Below, piece after piece: positions 63,265-64,000 of a DNA stretch of 64,000 nucleotides (position 1 is its first letter; the number at the start of each line of letters is the position of its first letter). The position numbers and the translations under genes are program-made. The notes under the pieces are model-generated. The model saw only the letters and a program-made list of their open reading frames with translations, ran no database searches and was not told the origin of the DNA. Location: positions 1,384,640 to 1,448,639 of the forward strand of contig NC_057745.1 in the NCBI RefSeq assembly GCF_004010195.1, in the 5' to 3' direction. This DNA is from Chiloscyllium plagiosum (taxonomy: Eukaryota).

Positions 63265-64000
63265 TTTCCTATCCATGTCTTTAAAATGTTGTAATTGTTC
63301 CTGCTTCTACCACTTCCTCTGGCAGTTCTACAAGCGCACCACCCACTGTGTGAAAATGTTGCCCCTCAGATTCCTTTCAAATCTTTCCCTTCTCCCCTTA
63401 AAGTTATGCCCTCTAGTTCTGGACTTCTATATTCTGGGGAAAAGACCTTGCCTATTCACCTTACCAATGCCCCTCATGACTGTATAAACCTCTAAGGTTT
63501 ATACCTCAGTGTTAAGAGTGCTTATTGCTGTTAATTATGAGCCCCAACTTTCTGCAGTAAACTTTTAAATGCCCGATTAGTGTGTAAATCTTCAAAAATG
63601 GTGAGATGTCCAATTGTCAACCAGCAAATTCTATCCATTCACAATTTAATCATGTTGTAACAAGGGATTGGTTAGTTCAGTTGGCTGGATGCCTGGTCTG
63701 CAATGCAGGGTGAAGCAGCAGTGTGGGTTCAATTTCTACATCTACTGAGGTTACCATGAAGGTCTTGCCTTTTCCATGTCTCACCTTGCAGCCTGATCAC
63801 CCTCAGATTAAATTCACCACCAGTCATCAGTAATGAGCAAAGAGCCTGATGGTCCTCTGGAACTAAGGCGGCTTTACCTTAGTGTATGTGAACGCCGTGT
63901 GTTGATTTATATATTAATAATCCTATGTATCATTACCTAACAAAAACCTTTATTATTTACCACCATCATATTGAAGAGGCTTTTATTTTTGTTAACTTTC

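Overview
Vertebrate nuclear DNA, almost certainly from an elasmobranch (shark), judged by HE1-type SINEs, HER1/CR1 LINEs and Penelope relics. There are two N-gaps (3759-4649, 47533-48032). Two host genes lie on the + strand. The first is the last three coding exons plus long 3'UTR of CTDSPL2 (10244-~15340). The second is exons 1-10 of a stereocilin (STRC)-family gene (25185->61016, continuing beyond the window), whose very large exon 4 encodes at least 8 tandem ~55-aa four-cysteine repeats. STRC intron 3 holds a near full-length, decayed Tx1-clade LINE (30567-36341, 11-bp TSD AAGACTTGGGA). Its 5' end consists of a U5 snRNA fragment joined to a U2 snRNA-like fragment, and its ORF1 is interrupted, in frame, by an intronless LSM5 retrocopy with its own poly(A) and 11-bp TSD. 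Several Penelope-derived inverted-repeat insertions carry minimal hammerhead ribozyme motifs. Gene and family identities rest on my recall of reference sequences, not on database searches. Repeat boundaries without TSDs are approximate.
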